A stretch of 64,000 nt of DNA, from assembly GCA_964234715.1 (NCBI GenBank), contig OZ174288.1, one strand, 5' to 3'. Positions 51,409-64,000 of the stretch are shown in pieces. The translations under genes were made by a program, and so were the position numbers. Source of the DNA: Podarcis melisellensis (taxonomy: Eukaryota). The notes beneath the pieces are model-generated. The model was not told the origin of the DNA and did not search any database. It saw nothing but the letters and a program-made list of their open reading frames with translations. Each line of letters starts with the position of its first letter. Position 1 is the first letter of the stretch.

Positions 51409-51765
51409 AAAGGTAAAGGTAAAAGGTAAAAGGTCCCTGGATGGTTAAGTCCAGTCAAAGGTAACTATGGGGTGCAGTGCTCATCTCGCTTCAGGCTGAG
51501 GGAGATAGCATTTGTCTGCAGACAGCTTTCTGGATCATGTGGCCAGCATGACTAAACCGCTTCTGGTGCAACGGAATACCGTGATGGAAGCCAGAGCGCA
51601 CAGAAACACAGTTTACCTTCCTGTCGCAGTGGTACCTATCTGTCTACTTACACTGGTGTGCTTTCAAACTGAAAGGTTGGCAGAAGCTGGGAAAGAGCAA
51701 CGCGAGCTCACCCGTTGCGCGGATTTCAACCGCCAAGTGGTTTAGACCACAGTGCCACCCCTGTC
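51409..51765 (-). mobile_element. Sauria SINE inserted in a minus-strand CR1 fragment (~50945-52100)
   Basis: (AAAGGT)n at left end; CACAGTGCCACCC at right end. Confidence 0.8.
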
Positions 51766-54040
51766 ATACCCCATATCTAACCTTTATTCATAAGTGAGTG
51801 GCTCCAGTCCTGATAACTTCAGTTGCCCTTTTCTGAACCGTTTCCAGCTCTATATTTTCCTATCAGACTGTACATATTATTCCAAGTGTTCAAACCAGAG
51901 ATTTGTAGAAAAGCATTCTGAAACTAGCATCTTTATTCTTTATTTCTTACCTAATGATCCCCAAAATAGGAAATCAACCTTTTCACAGCTACCAAACATG
52001 GGGTCAGCTTTTTCATAGCTGAATATCTCTTCCCTAACCAGTCAAAGAGAGCTCAGACCCCATTAGCATATATGGGAAGCTGGAATTCTCTTGTCCCAAA
52101 GTGCACTCCTGCTCCTTTGTAGTTTTACACTTATACAGATTTTGATAGTGTTACACACAGTTTATATAAGCTTGCATCTTAAAATTACATTCATAATTTT
52201 TAAAGTTTCTATAAATTGATGTTAAAATAGTACTGTCTTAACTTCTTTAAAAGGGAAGAAACTCTAGATAAATACAGAGTTAACAGATAAAAGTTAAAAG
52301 AAGACGAGAAAGAGATCTTGCCTGCCTGTAAGCCAAATAAACACATGGATGGAATGTTTCAAAGAGTACTTTTTGACATTCCTTTATATTCACAAAGAAA
52401 CTTAAAATATACACATTCTGGCATTGCTAAAAGGTAACTTACGACTACATTTACCTTTGAGCAAGCCTCACTGAACTCATTTGGACTTATTCTAAGAAGA
52501 CATGTATAAGATCAAGCTGTTAGAAATAAATTTAATGTAGTTCCAATTTGATATTCAAAGGTAATGTTTTAGAAAAAAGGAACCATAGCTTTTCTGTTAA
52601 CGGCTTCCAATGGTCAGACTTGCTTGCTGCCAATAACTGTTTACCCAGCAGTGAGGGGTTGGGGACAGACAGCTTTCTTGAGTGCTTCTGAATATGGAGA
52701 TTCCACCAACTGTGCCAAAGGCACAAGTCATGTCATGTAGCTTTTACTTTTGTTCCCATAATCCTATACACAGAATATACACTTGCTGGTGTTTTGCAAT
52801 ACCCAATGATTTTTAGCGAATAAATCTGATTGACTGACTGTCTGAATTACTGGTGCATTTCCAGAGATCCATGGCAGTAAAGCCTCCACCACTGCAGGTT
52901 CTACCTTTTAGCAATGACTCAATAAATATGATATGTACCAGCATAGCCAATAAGAGCACATTAGCCATTAGGGTCACCTTATGGCTGACACAAATGCATA
53001 TGCTACATAGCATGTGGGAATAAACGTGCATGAGCACAAAAAACACATTATGAAGTCACTGAAATGTTCCATGATCCATATACAGACATAAATTAATGAA
53101 CACTTTAAAAGTATGGACAAAAGAAGGCAAAAAAGAAGTAGCGTCTTTACTCAAATCTAATGCTCACCTTTTCTGGTCTAATTATGTTGCGAAAATTAAG
53201 GTGTGCATTAGATTCGATGGCACATTTACATTCCCCAGCAAATACTTTTTGGGTTTTGTTTCAAGGTTCTGAAAACTGAGGTGTGCATTAGCCTAGAGTA
53301 AATATGGTAGTCAGTTTTCAGGAATGGAGAATTTAAAGAATGGAGAAGCCACACAATTCTGCCTATTTTTCTTTCCACTCTCATACAAAGTTAACCTCCA
53401 CTCAACTAAATTGATATGGAGCCAGGTGAAAAATTCCATCATACCACTACTATTCTCACTTCCACTGCTGTTGAGACCATAATTCTAGGGGCCTGTGTTG
53501 ACCTCCTATAAGATGGATTCTGTTCATGGGCCATCAGTTGCCAGTCCCTACCATGCTAAATGTAGGTGCCTCTCTGGCCTGTGGGCTGAATGAAGCCTCC
53601 CAGGCCTTTCATGAAGTTGAATCCCTCATCAGCTTGGTTCTATGACGTCCTCAAGTACATTTGCTTGGCTGAAACATGTCCTTGAACCATGACAATACCT
53701 TTTGCATGCCTGGATGGAACATGGTGAGATATGGGGAAGATGTGGAAATCTCTGGCTCTGCATGGCTGGAATATCACCTATTAATGGTAGGAGCCACACT
53801 CATTGTTCTGCTCCTTCCCACCACTGGTATGTGGCACCCAGTCGGTTGCTCATAAGGGAATGCAACCCAAAGGTTTAAAAAGATTACTCAACTGTGTTTT
53901 AGGAAAAAGACAGTAAGGCCGACTATTTTTCCCCTCAGGGTGTGTGATGTAGGAGCAGATGTTCTTCCTTCTATAAGTCACAAAAACACTTCAATGATAT
54001 CTACTACCACTCCAGTAACCAAATAGCATGTGAGCACATG

Positions 54041-54408
54041 TGTCAGGGAACTGCAGGCAGCGAGGGAGGAAAGAATTAGAGGATACAGGGAACGATCTCC
54101 ACTGCTCAGTACTGAGTCCTCCTCAGAAGACAGAGAAGAGGATAGTGAGTCTGGGGAGGAAGGGGTGCTTCAGAGAGAGGGGGATCCATGTCACAGGGGA
54201 AAACGGAAGGGGCTGAGCTGTTGGTTCTGTTGGTCTCGAGGGAGAGGGAAAAGAGAAAGTAGTTAGAGCAACGCGTCATGAGAGACAGGTCGCTTTGTTT
54301 ATTCTGCATGTAATCTTGTCGGAAGGAAATAAAGAAAGGAATTTATGGCTGGCTGCCGGGAGTGTTTCTCTGCTAAGTGCAGCAACGCATGCAGCTGGCT
54401 AGCTGACA
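54041..54408 (+). mobile_element. Solo LTR (probably Gypsy), 368 bp
   Basis: TGTCAG...CTGACA; TSD ACATG on both sides; internal AATAAA. Confidence 0.88.
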
Positions 54409-55034
54409 ACATGGCTCCCTCATTTTTCACACCACCTATGCAGCCTATAGGTTAAACTGCAAAATGCAGTTTTTAGCAAGAGGAAGACCATCTTGTGACA
54501 CACACTGCCTTAAAGTGCCTCTTTGGCCACTACCTAATCAAGACAGGATGAGATATAAACCTCTTTGTAATTAACCCCTTATGCCTGTGTGGTTCTCAAA
54601 CGCCTCTCTGATTTGCAGACACAGATAAGCAAGCAGCTTAGTAAAATGCAGACTCCTCTGTCAGTAGTGTGTTATGCATGAGTATAATACTGCAGACAAT
54701 CTAACATATGTGGGGTGCATAGAGCCATAACAAAAAGTGTAAGCTGCAGTATGTATTTCCTCAATGAGGAGAACTAACGAAACTGAAGAACTGAAGGTTG
54801 ATGCATTTAATTGTCAGTTCCATATTTTAATACTTGGGGATGACTTGTTCAGGGTTCACCATTACGTTCATTCAACTGATTTTTTTTATAAAGATGAGAA
54901 ACAAACATGCACAAAAGTCATATTGAAAAGTGGGGAAGGGCCCACATGACCTCAGAGAGAGATAGCTAACCAATGTCCAGCCCACATCAGCTGTCAACAA
55001 TAAAAACAGGCTTTCCCCAAAATGAATTCTTAAG

Positions 55035-55035
<1 letters not shown>

Positions 55036-55074
<39 letters not shown>
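55036..55074. repeat. (GT)n microsatellite
   Basis: Direct observation. Confidence 0.95.
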
Positions 55075-55079
<5 letters not shown>

Positions 55080-55360
55080 TACTGGGCTCACCACTCAAAT
55101 TATGTACATGGAACGCAGCTGCTTTGAGCATGCATTTGCATACATGGTGCCAATCATGGATGCATCCATCTTGCACTACCTAACAAAAGAGTTTACATTC
55201 CAAACACACTATGCAAATAAAGTATTTACAGCGTTTCAAACTTTAAATTCCGAAAGAGCTTGTTTTTTGGCATTTAACAGTTGAAATGCTGTTAGAAGAA
55301 AGAAAGACAATAGCACTTGCATGAAAGGAAATGACACAAAAAATATGCCCATTGGTTTAC

Positions 55361-55393
55361 CTTGATCATTAGACATTTTATCTGAAGATTCAG
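55361..55393 (-). CDS. NEO1: NEO1 33-nt cassette micro-exon
   Basis: tag|CT...G|gtaaa; AESSDKMSNDQ versus human ADSSDKMPNDQ. Confidence 0.9.
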
Positions 55394-55953
55394 CTACCAG
55401 GACAAGCACAGGGAAGAAGCAAACAAGAGAAAGATAACAAAATCTAAAGGAGTGACAAAAATTTCACTGGCACAGAAGTAGCAATCTCTATAAATGGGAA
55501 ATTAAATAATTGCTACTACTACAGCTTACTTTACAGAAGACCCTCCCCACACCACGCCTATTCAGGTCTTGTTCATAAATTACAATGAGAAATGCTCATA
55601 TCCCATATGAATATTAGAAATGTTCAGATGAGCAGTTTGACAGCATATCTCCCCAAGTACGAGACCCTTACGATCATCCAGACATTTGCAATGAACTCAT
55701 TTGCACCATACAGTATACATTCAAACAACTCTGCTATAGGTGGGAACATACAGCAAACTGTGTACTCAAAAATACTGTCCCGTTCACAAGACACAACTAA
55801 TGACAGCAACTGGAACATTTACATTTTCAGGTTGGCAGGTACTGATTCACTGAACCAGACAGGCCCCACCCATGAAAAATGCATTTAAAAATTTGTCTGC
55901 ATTTCCCGTTTTCTGCTCTCAGAGAACATATTCAGTTAACAATATCAACCTAC

Positions 55954-56148
55954 CTTTAGGTGTTCTGAACTGCACTGCCTCTGACATAGGACCCATGCCT
56001 TTGGAGTTACGGGCCTGAATTTTGAAATAATATGCTGTGTCGAGTGTTAACTCTTGAATTTGGTGGGTCAATCTATTTCCCACTACTGGCTCAATGACCC
56101 AATCGTGTATTTCGGCGTTGACATCTGTACTATAGTAAATGATGTATC
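55954..56148 (-). CDS. NEO1: NEO1 exon (FN6 C-half)
   Basis: [65 protein letters not shown]; 195 bp. Confidence 0.97.
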
Positions 56149-57634
56149 CTGCACAATAAACAAAATAAGATGATGAATTATGAAGACACGATTCCAAGGG
56201 CTCTAAGCCATTTGGGAATGTTAGATATAATGAATAGATACTTGAAACAACTAGACAAACCCATACTTCTTAAGTGTCCTTGTAATTCTTTCTCAATGAA
56301 GCCACAGAAGCAACTGATTAGTTTATTACACCCCTATTCATACAATTCTTCCCCTGCAGCATCTTGAGTACCACCACTGTATTCTTCCCCAATATTCCAG
56401 GTTCTAAATCATGTGGGGACTCTTCAAGGAGAAAAGGCTCCCTGCCACAGACATTCAGCCTCTGACACGAGGGGGCCTACAGGTACACCAACAGCCGTAT
56501 AAAAAAAAGGGAGATGTCTGCAGACTCGTTTCTTTTCTGCTTCTTGTGCAAAGGTAATCACATATACGTGGTTGAGAATGACTGAACAGAGCTTACAGCT
56601 ACAATAGAAGGGAAATCACTAATTGAGAAAGCAATTAGTAATTGCTAAGGAACTGCTACACAGCTAAAATACTACACTTCATAAATCTTTGGGGATAATC
56701 CAAATTGACTGTAAAGGAATATGGATTGTTCTATTGGTTTGGTATCAGACTTCCAGGTTTTCCACAGAAGGCCAGTTCCTACAGATACTAAGTGATAATT
56801 TTTGTGAGTTGTGAAAGTTCCAAACAGCTCCACTAGATGGTATGCTTGAAATTGAAATCCCTCACTCACATATTACACTATTCACATAAGAAAATGACTT
56901 GCATAGCTAAAGAAAAATTGCAGAAAACAATCCACACTCAGAAAATATATTTTTGAGTTAATTGGGTTGTTGTTTATGCATAGTGGAACAAGTCACATGT
57001 AGATCATTTGCCCCCGAGAGTGCACTTTGAAACATGCTGGGTTATTATTCACAAAATTAATTACTATTGCAAAATCATTGCTTAAGGCCTCTCTATCTCT
57101 TCCTTCACTATTCTGTTTTGTGCTGCCCCGTACTCTCTCCTGCCATGTTTGTAACAGGAAGCAGCTTAGATGGTTTGAGTAAAGGAAATATTTTGTTAAA
57201 AATAAAGAATCATTTAGCAGCAAGGAAAGCTATTTTAATGTTAAAGCCCAGTTGGTTTAGTGAGACACATCAAGCTAGACAACTCTTTCCCGGGAAAAAT
57301 CATAAATCCAAATACATCCCATAACCATGACATACAAAAAGGAAGGACTCTCTGGGCTACACCACATCCTGAAGGTGGGACTGAAAAAGAACAGAAAATC
57401 TCACTAAAGTTATTAAGTTTTGAAGAGAATCCCATATGAAACTACTTATTGGGGACACAGGACAATGATACAAGTGGGGATTTCTTAGCTTGGGGATGAT
57501 TTGATGACTGGACCATTTTTAAAATAACAGCAGCATTCCTGCTTAAAATTAGAACAAATTGAATAAGCAGAAAATTGTGCATTCAGCTCCTTTTGCGATG
57601 GGTTTCAGCTTTTTAACACAAATCTTAAAACGTA

Positions 57635-57652
57635 TTCCACCAGAGGGCAGAC
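57635..57652 (+). promoter_or_regulatory. Candidate CTCF site
   Basis: TTCCACCAGAGGGCAGAC; motif only. Confidence 0.5.
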
Positions 57653-58379
57653 CTTTCACATAATTATGCTGAATATAAATTCAGTACTGTATTACCCTAT
57701 TTCCAAGCCTGATTAGTTCAACTGAAGACAGACACTGTAGGGCTGGCAATATTCTGTAGGTCTGAACTAATAGTAGAGCAATGTGCAAAAGACTGTATTG
57801 GGGGAGGACAGAAGGAAAGAAGTGAGATCCCCCACCCATTTCCTTCAAGCCCTGCCTCAGCCTCAGAGGCTTGAGGGACTTAGATGCACCTTTTCCCTCA
57901 AGCTGCTGTGAAGTATGTCAGTAGCACATGGAAGTATAGTGACACTAGCCCTGGATTCACGAAGAAGATAGTGGAACTGGCTCAGAACCAGCCTGACCTG
58001 ACCTCTCGTCTTTCTCTTCTGCTGCTGCATGCAGTTGCATGAAGGTGATTAGAAGCGAAGGAAGAATCTGCTAGCCCACCCTAACTACTCTGCTTAAGCT
58101 AGTCATTTCATGCATGTGCTTCTAGCCTGAATTTGATACCAATACTTTAATATACCATTTTATACACTTCTCATTAATATTTGGCACCTTGATATTATTT
58201 ACACAGTAAATAAAATAAAGAGGAAATGGACCTAATTGTTAAAATTCAGTCATTTCCTCTTGGAACATTAAAACAGTATGCAGTTAATTAAAAACACACA
58301 CCACAATTTTCTGCAAACTGAAAGAACATAGATAACTAAGCATTCTAATCATTGTTTCCAACCCTTTAAAATGATTTCT

Positions 58380-58730
58380 TTCTTTTTTTAGTAACTTTTA
58401 TTTTGCTTTAAACAAATGCAGATAAATATAAACAACCAAAATTACAAAAGAAAAATCCTTAATAATAATAATAATGGAAAAGGCTAAAAAAACCTACAAA
58501 GTACATGGCATAGAACATAAGCCATTATGGGAAAGAAAAAAGAAAAAGGAAAGAAGAAGGCGAAGGAAGGGGGGGAAAGGGGGAAGGGCGGGAAATGAAC
58601 CAAAACACAAGAAGGTTCATCTATTGTACGCTTCCTTCAAGGTCACAACCGATCATTATTCTTATCAATTCTCTCTATCCACATTCCATAGAACCCCTCA
58701 TCTTGATTTCATCCTATATACATAACCTGA
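58380..58730 (-). mobile_element. Old L1-like 3' fragment
   Basis: T-rich tail at left, purine-rich 3'UTR-like segment. Confidence 0.4.
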
Positions 58731-58773
58731 ATGGCAGCACAAATATACTACACTGTCCCAAATAAAATTTCAC

Positions 58774-58881
58774 CTGTAATTTTGCCATTGGCTTCAGATG
58801 GTGGCTGCCAGTTGACTATGATGGTTCGGGGTTTTCCTTCTTTGCTCACTACTGTCACATCCTTTGGGGGAGAAGTTGGAA
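58774..58881 (-). CDS. NEO1: NEO1 exon (FN6 N-half)
   Basis: [36 protein letters not shown]; 108 bp. Confidence 0.97.
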
Positions 58882-60401
58882 CTGCAATAATGATATTTAA
58901 ATTAAACACAGATTGTGGTATCAGTTTTATTCTTTTAAGCAGTCTTTGTCAAAGATTGCTATATTCAACTACAAAAATAAGCTACTAACTTGCAGTGATA
59001 AATTTTTTTCTACTGAAGAAGCAACATCAGTACTAAGGATTTCAAATATTCTTTCTATTTGGAGTATCTTGGAAGAGCAGCATATGCCTTCAGAGGATTT
59101 CGGTGAGCTCCCTCCTCACCACCAACCTTTCCTGCCATGCCATTCAACAGCAAACCTTATGAATCTCTAGGTACGAAGCTTAAATGTGAACTCCTCTCTC
59201 CAACTGAATTGATAATAATGTCAATGAATCATATGGAACAGTGATGTTTATAGAGGATCAATACCCTCTAGAGGGAATATATTAAAATTCAAGTTCTCAC
59301 TCCTTAATGATTTGTTAAATATGCATTTGATAAAACTCAAACACTATTGTATTTTTAAGGGACTTAATCAAATATTTCAAAAAGTATGAAAAATATTGAG
59401 TTTTACTTTTCTCGGGTATAATTAAAGTTGTATGATTTAGTTTTCTTGACTTGAATCTCATTTCAAATGAGATTTGCACAAGAGACAGATACCCAAAACT
59501 GAACGCTGCACAATTTCAAAGCACTTCTTCTGGCATCGAACCAAGAATTTAAAAAATGGTATAACACAATTAAGTTATTCTGTATCCATTGTTAATAAAA
59601 ATTTGACCGAGCATAAAGCATAGTGCTTCTGACTTTAAATTATCTTCAGTGGTTTAGTTTAGTTTTAAAGGAGTGTTCATTTTGTGCTTCATTTTGGATT
59701 ATTTATACTTTTACAGGAATGGTCTGAAGTTTTATGTGAACTGTCCTATGGTGGTGGCATAGAAATTCTTACATTTTAAAAAAGAAACAAAACTCCACAA
59801 GGTTGTTCTCTTCTGTGAAGCTAGAGTTTTTTCTGTATGCCTTAAAACATTTTCTATATTTAGAGGCAATCATCTGTTTTTATTTCTAACCACAATAAAA
59901 GAGAAATATCGTAAAGGAAATAAACAGACAAGATGATGAAGAGATGAGTTTGAACGTGTACAGACACATTTCATGCCATTTGACTACTGAAACTGCCAGA
60001 ACTTCAAATATCTCTATTTTAGCAAATAACATTAAAATGAAAGAAGCTTGGCACTTATGGATGCTTCAAGGATCAGATCAGAGCTTTTCTGATCTCTTAC
60101 TTGCTCAATAATTAAATTATTTCCCCTATTCTCATTAATTATTAACCTTCATGTTATTTATTAGCAGCTACTATTAAGACATAATTTGTATGTACGAAAT
60201 GTTTTGTGGTTCTGTACGGGATAAACCTATTTCATTGTATACAAATTCTCTCTTTAGTTCAAAGAACTTTAAGAATCTTCCCACACTGGAAAGAATTCAA
60301 CAGTACACAATAATCAGCATGGCATTTACATTTAAGAAACCAGCAATGATTCATCTGAAAAAATTATGTCAACTAATTTAGAAATGGCTCAACAATATCA
60401 C

Positions 60402-60540
60402 CTAATTCAAAAGTAGTTCCATGTGCGGTCATACTCCAAGTACTTGATCTTCGGCCTTTAGTCACCATCACTGAGAACTCATACAAAGTGTTCGGTTTTA
60501 AGCCAGTTACTAAGAAGCTTAAAGTGGTGGTATTTGCAGT
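60402..60540 (-). CDS. NEO1: NEO1 exon (FN5 C-half)
   Basis: [46 protein letters not shown]; 139 bp. Confidence 0.97.
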
Positions 60541-60810
60541 CTAAGAGAAAGCAAAGGGTCACAGAATGAGACACACTCTATTAAATATCCTGACTATGAC
60601 AACAGTCTCTAGCATGATCTCATCCATATATCTCTATTCTCACAATATTAACAGCATTAATACAAAAAATTTCTAAGGCAGTTTTGAATTTCCATTTTTG
60701 TCCATTATTTGGGCATTTATCTTGATAGCTCATAGAAACATATGTTCAGAAATTTTTGTTAGTTTTAAATTTGGTTTGGCAAGTACCTTTGGACTCCACC
60801 TTTTGGTTAC

Positions 60811-61034
60811 CTTGTATTTCGTGTTTGCAGGAATGTTCGTCTTCCAGCGTACTGTGTAGTAACGGGCATCCGAGACCTTCTGGTTCTTTGGCAGAGAGTT
60901 GTCTGCCCAGGTGATTCGAATGGTGTCATGGCTCAGTATGGAAGCCTGAACTCCCACAGGTGGCATCATGGGGGAGGGATCTGGCACTGGAGTGTACGGA
61001 GCATTAACAACAAATAAATCAACCTCAGAAGTGT
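60811..61034 (-). CDS. NEO1: NEO1 exon (FN4-FN5 linker plus FN5 N-half); alternative acceptor at 60986
   Basis: [16 protein letters not shown]|[34 protein letters not shown]...TKYK; second cag 48 nt inside, same phase. Confidence 0.96.
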
Positions 61035-62236
61035 CTAGGGAATTGATGGGTAAAAGTAGGGTATTACAATAAAAAAAGAAAGAAGGTGGCATTATATGTG
61101 AATAGAAACAAAAGGGGGAAATGCAGGGTAATACGATGAAATGAAAGGTGAGAAATGGAGAAAAAGAGAGAAAAGCCAGAGTTAATAGGCAACACAAGAC
61201 CAGCATAAAAAGTTTTCAGTGATTATTTTGATTCCTCCCTAAAACACATGCCATAAGCAGAGTAGGCAAAGTTCGACACCTAAGAAGATTGCTACAAAAG
61301 TAAAAGATCACTGAATTTAAATTTTAATATCCATTTGAAACTGGTTACTAATTAAGATACTCAGCATTAGCTGCATTAAAGCACTATTTCATCCCATCTC
61401 TAAAAAGAGGGTGGAAGAACAAGGTAGAATTAGGATCAAATGGAGACAAGCTCATCTTCCAGACAGTATTAGTGGGGAGGGAGGGAACTGCTTGTGTTCA
61501 AGTTCACAGTAATTCACAAAACAGCAATATAAAAACACTTAAGATCTAGGAAACATGTTCAGCAACAAGAAAGGGAGTTCTTACCTTGGATTTTGTTTGT
61601 GAATCCAGATGAGGACATTCTTGTGATAGGAATGACACCTCCCTGGTGGTGACAGGCAGGATGCTAGACAAACTTCTGCCTCCTCTCCAGGTGGAGGTAC
61701 CATCTCCCTCACCAGATCAACTGGCAGGGCAGATATGACCCCCACAGCTTAAACAAGCCCACTCAAACATGCAGTCAACAAAGAAAACATTGGGAATCTG
61801 GGAATCTCTTCTCCAGAGGGAAAGGCAGGAGGCATGGGTGAGCATCTGATGCCACTCATCCCTCTCTGCTCCCACTGGTGAGTAACTGACCCCCCCGACC
61901 CATTGCCTTGGATCCAGACCCTGCAGAGACAGAAATGTCAAGAGTCCAAAAGTTCACTCCCAGCAGACTCCTGCAGGGGCACAGCTGCTGAGGGGGGAGA
62001 AGTCATCAAAGAAATAAAAAAGGTCAGGGCCCCTCACACCATGAGAAAACGTGCCCACCAACCTGCCTCTGCTGAGAGTAAGAGAAGGGGAACAATGAGG
62101 CCAACAGCCCCAATACTGGGGGAGACCCTCTACAAATACTGAGGAAAAAACACCAAATATGAATACAGCACAAGGGGCAGAAAAAATTAAATGACAAAAA
62201 AAAAACAGAAGGGAAAACCCCCACTCCTGTCGAAAC

Positions 62237-63832
62237 TGGTACCCCGCAAGACGAACGCCTCGCGAGACGAAAAACTCGCAAAACGAAAGGTTTTTTCGTT
62301 TTCGAGTTGCCTCGCAAGACGAATTTCCCTATGGGCTTTCTTCGCAAAACGAAGCTTGCCCAGGGGACAGCGGGTCTTCTCTTTTGAAGCAAGGGGCAGC
62401 GGGGAGAAGCGATCTTCTCCCCGCAGCCCCAGGTCCGGGGACAGCGGGAAGCGCTTCCCGCTGCCCCCGGACCTCTTTTGAAGCAAGGGGCTGTGGGGAG
62501 ATCGCTTCTCCCCACCGCCCCTTGCTTCAAAAGAGGTCCGGGGACAGCGGGAAGCGCTTCGCGCTGCCCCCGGACCTCTTTTGAAGCAAGGGTTTGCGGG
62601 GAAAAGCGATCTCCCCGCAGCCCCTTGCTTCAAAAGAGGTCCGGGGGCAGCGGGAAGCGCAGCGCTTCTTACCCGCTGCCCCCGGACCTCTTTTGAAGCA
62701 AGGGGCTGCGGGGAGATCGCTTCTCCCGGTGCTCCGAAGCCGGGCGGGGGGGAGGGAACACCTGCCCCCACCGCCCGGCTTCGGAACGCTGCTCCGAAGC
62801 GGGGCGGGGGGGCGGGAACACCTGCCCCAGCCACCCCGCTTCGGAACGCTGCTCCGAAGCGGGGCGGGGGGGCGGGAACACCTGCCCCAGCCGCCCCGCT
62901 TCGGAACGCTGCTCCGAAGCGGGGCGGGGGGGCGGGAACACCTGCCCCAGCCGCCCGGCTTCGGAACGCTGCTCCGAAGCGGGGCGGGGGGGCGGGAACA
63001 CCTGCCCCAGCCGCCCGGCTTCGGAACGCTGCTCCGAAGCGGGGCGGGGGGGGCGGGAACACCTGCCCCAGCCGCCCCGCTTCGGAACGCTGCTCCGAAG
63101 CGGGGCGGGGGGGGCGGGAACACCTGCCCCAGCCGCCCCGCTTCGGAACGCTGCTCCGAAGCGGGGCGGGGGGGCGGGAACCTCGCACCCCGCCGCCGGG
63201 CATCGGAACGATGCCTCGATGCCGGGCGGTAGGGCGGGAACCTCTCCCCCCGCCGCCAGGCATCGGAACGAGGTCCTGGACCTCTTCTGAAGGCAGGCGG
63301 GGGCAAAAGTCTTTGCTCCCCCCGCCTGCCTTCCCGGGACAGCAGAGACTTCTCCGCTGCCCCGGGCGATCTTAAAATGCTGGCGGGCGGGAGCGAAGCG
63401 TTCGCTGCCGACCCCCAGCATTTTAAAATCTCCTCGGGGCAGCGGAGACTTCGCTCCCGCCCGCCAGCATTTTAAAATCGCCCCGGGACAGCAGGGGCTT
63501 TTAAAATGCTGGCGGTCGGCAGCAAAGCCCTCCTGTCCCCGGAGCTTGCGGGGCGGGAGGTGGGAAGAAGGGCTTTTCTTCCCACCGCCAGCCTTCAGAA
63601 CAGCCTTCTGAAGGCTGGCAGTGGGAAGAAAAGCCCTTGTCCCCCCCCCCCAGCCTTCAGAAGAGGTCGGGGGGCAGACTGTCCCCGGACCTGGTCTGAA
63701 GGCGGTTTCCCTAGGAACGCATTAATTGATTTTCAATGCATTCCTATGGGAAACCGTGCATCGCAAGACGAAAAAACCGCAAGACGAAGAGACTTGCGGA
63801 ACGAATTAATTTCGTCTTGCGAGGCACCACTG
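62237..63832. mobile_element. Non-autonomous Tc1/mariner (Tigger-like) element with GC-rich palindromic interior
   Basis: Left TGGTACCCCGCAAGACGAA (outer bases missing); right TTCGTCTTGCGAGGCACCACTG-TA; no transposase. Confidence 0.8.
62731..63270. repeat. 60-bp GC-rich minisatellite, ~9 units, each self-complementary
   Basis: Unit GCTCCGAAGCGGGGCGGGGGGCGGGAACACCTGCCCCAGCCGCCCCGCTTCGGAACGCT. Confidence 0.97.
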
Positions 63833-64000
63833 TATCAATGGGACCCAATTAACAGCTGCTGAACCTCTTCAAAATGCATGTGGCTGAGGCCACCAAAATT
63901 ATGCAGAGAATGAGTGATCTGGCTAGCGGGAATAGCTGGAATGCCTGACAGAAAAGGTGGGACCAAACCGGACAATCCGTCAGGGGATGGTCAGCTGAAA

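Noticed and set aside
62731-63270. CRISPR-like palindromic repeat array
   Set aside because: No unique spacers, no cas genes, vertebrate intron; it is a tandem minisatellite
62187-63421. Long Pro/Gly/Arg/Ala ORFs in several frames on both strands
   Set aside because: Product of a stop-poor GC-rich minisatellite with unit length divisible by 3; no domain similarity

Overview
Vertebrate (squamate, most likely lacertid lizard) genomic DNA, not prokaryotic. Two convergent genes lie tail-to-tail, as in human 15q24. On the + strand are the last four coding exons of the pacemaker channel HCN4 (C-linker, CNBD, distal tail ending in SNL, stop at 20392). On the - strand are the last 13 coding exons of neogenin NEO1 (FN5-FN6, TM helix, P1-P3 cytoplasmic domain, stop at 35511), including three alternatively spliced segments known from mammals. 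Introns and intergenic DNA are rich in squamate repeats: the 5' end of an apparently intact L1, Sauria/Squam SINEs, BovB, L2, CR1, solo LTRs, and hAT and Tc1/mariner MITEs, often nested. The most unusual signals are: (i) diverged solo LTRs retaining a same-phase reading frame for an acidic peptide with SPRTRR and RRSxRL motifs; (ii) DNA transposons whose interiors are arrays of self-complementary hairpin units; (iii) a repeat-containing HCN4 tail with shifted PKA motifs. Repeat family names come from recalled consensus features, not a database search. Most ORFs in the supplied track are spurious.
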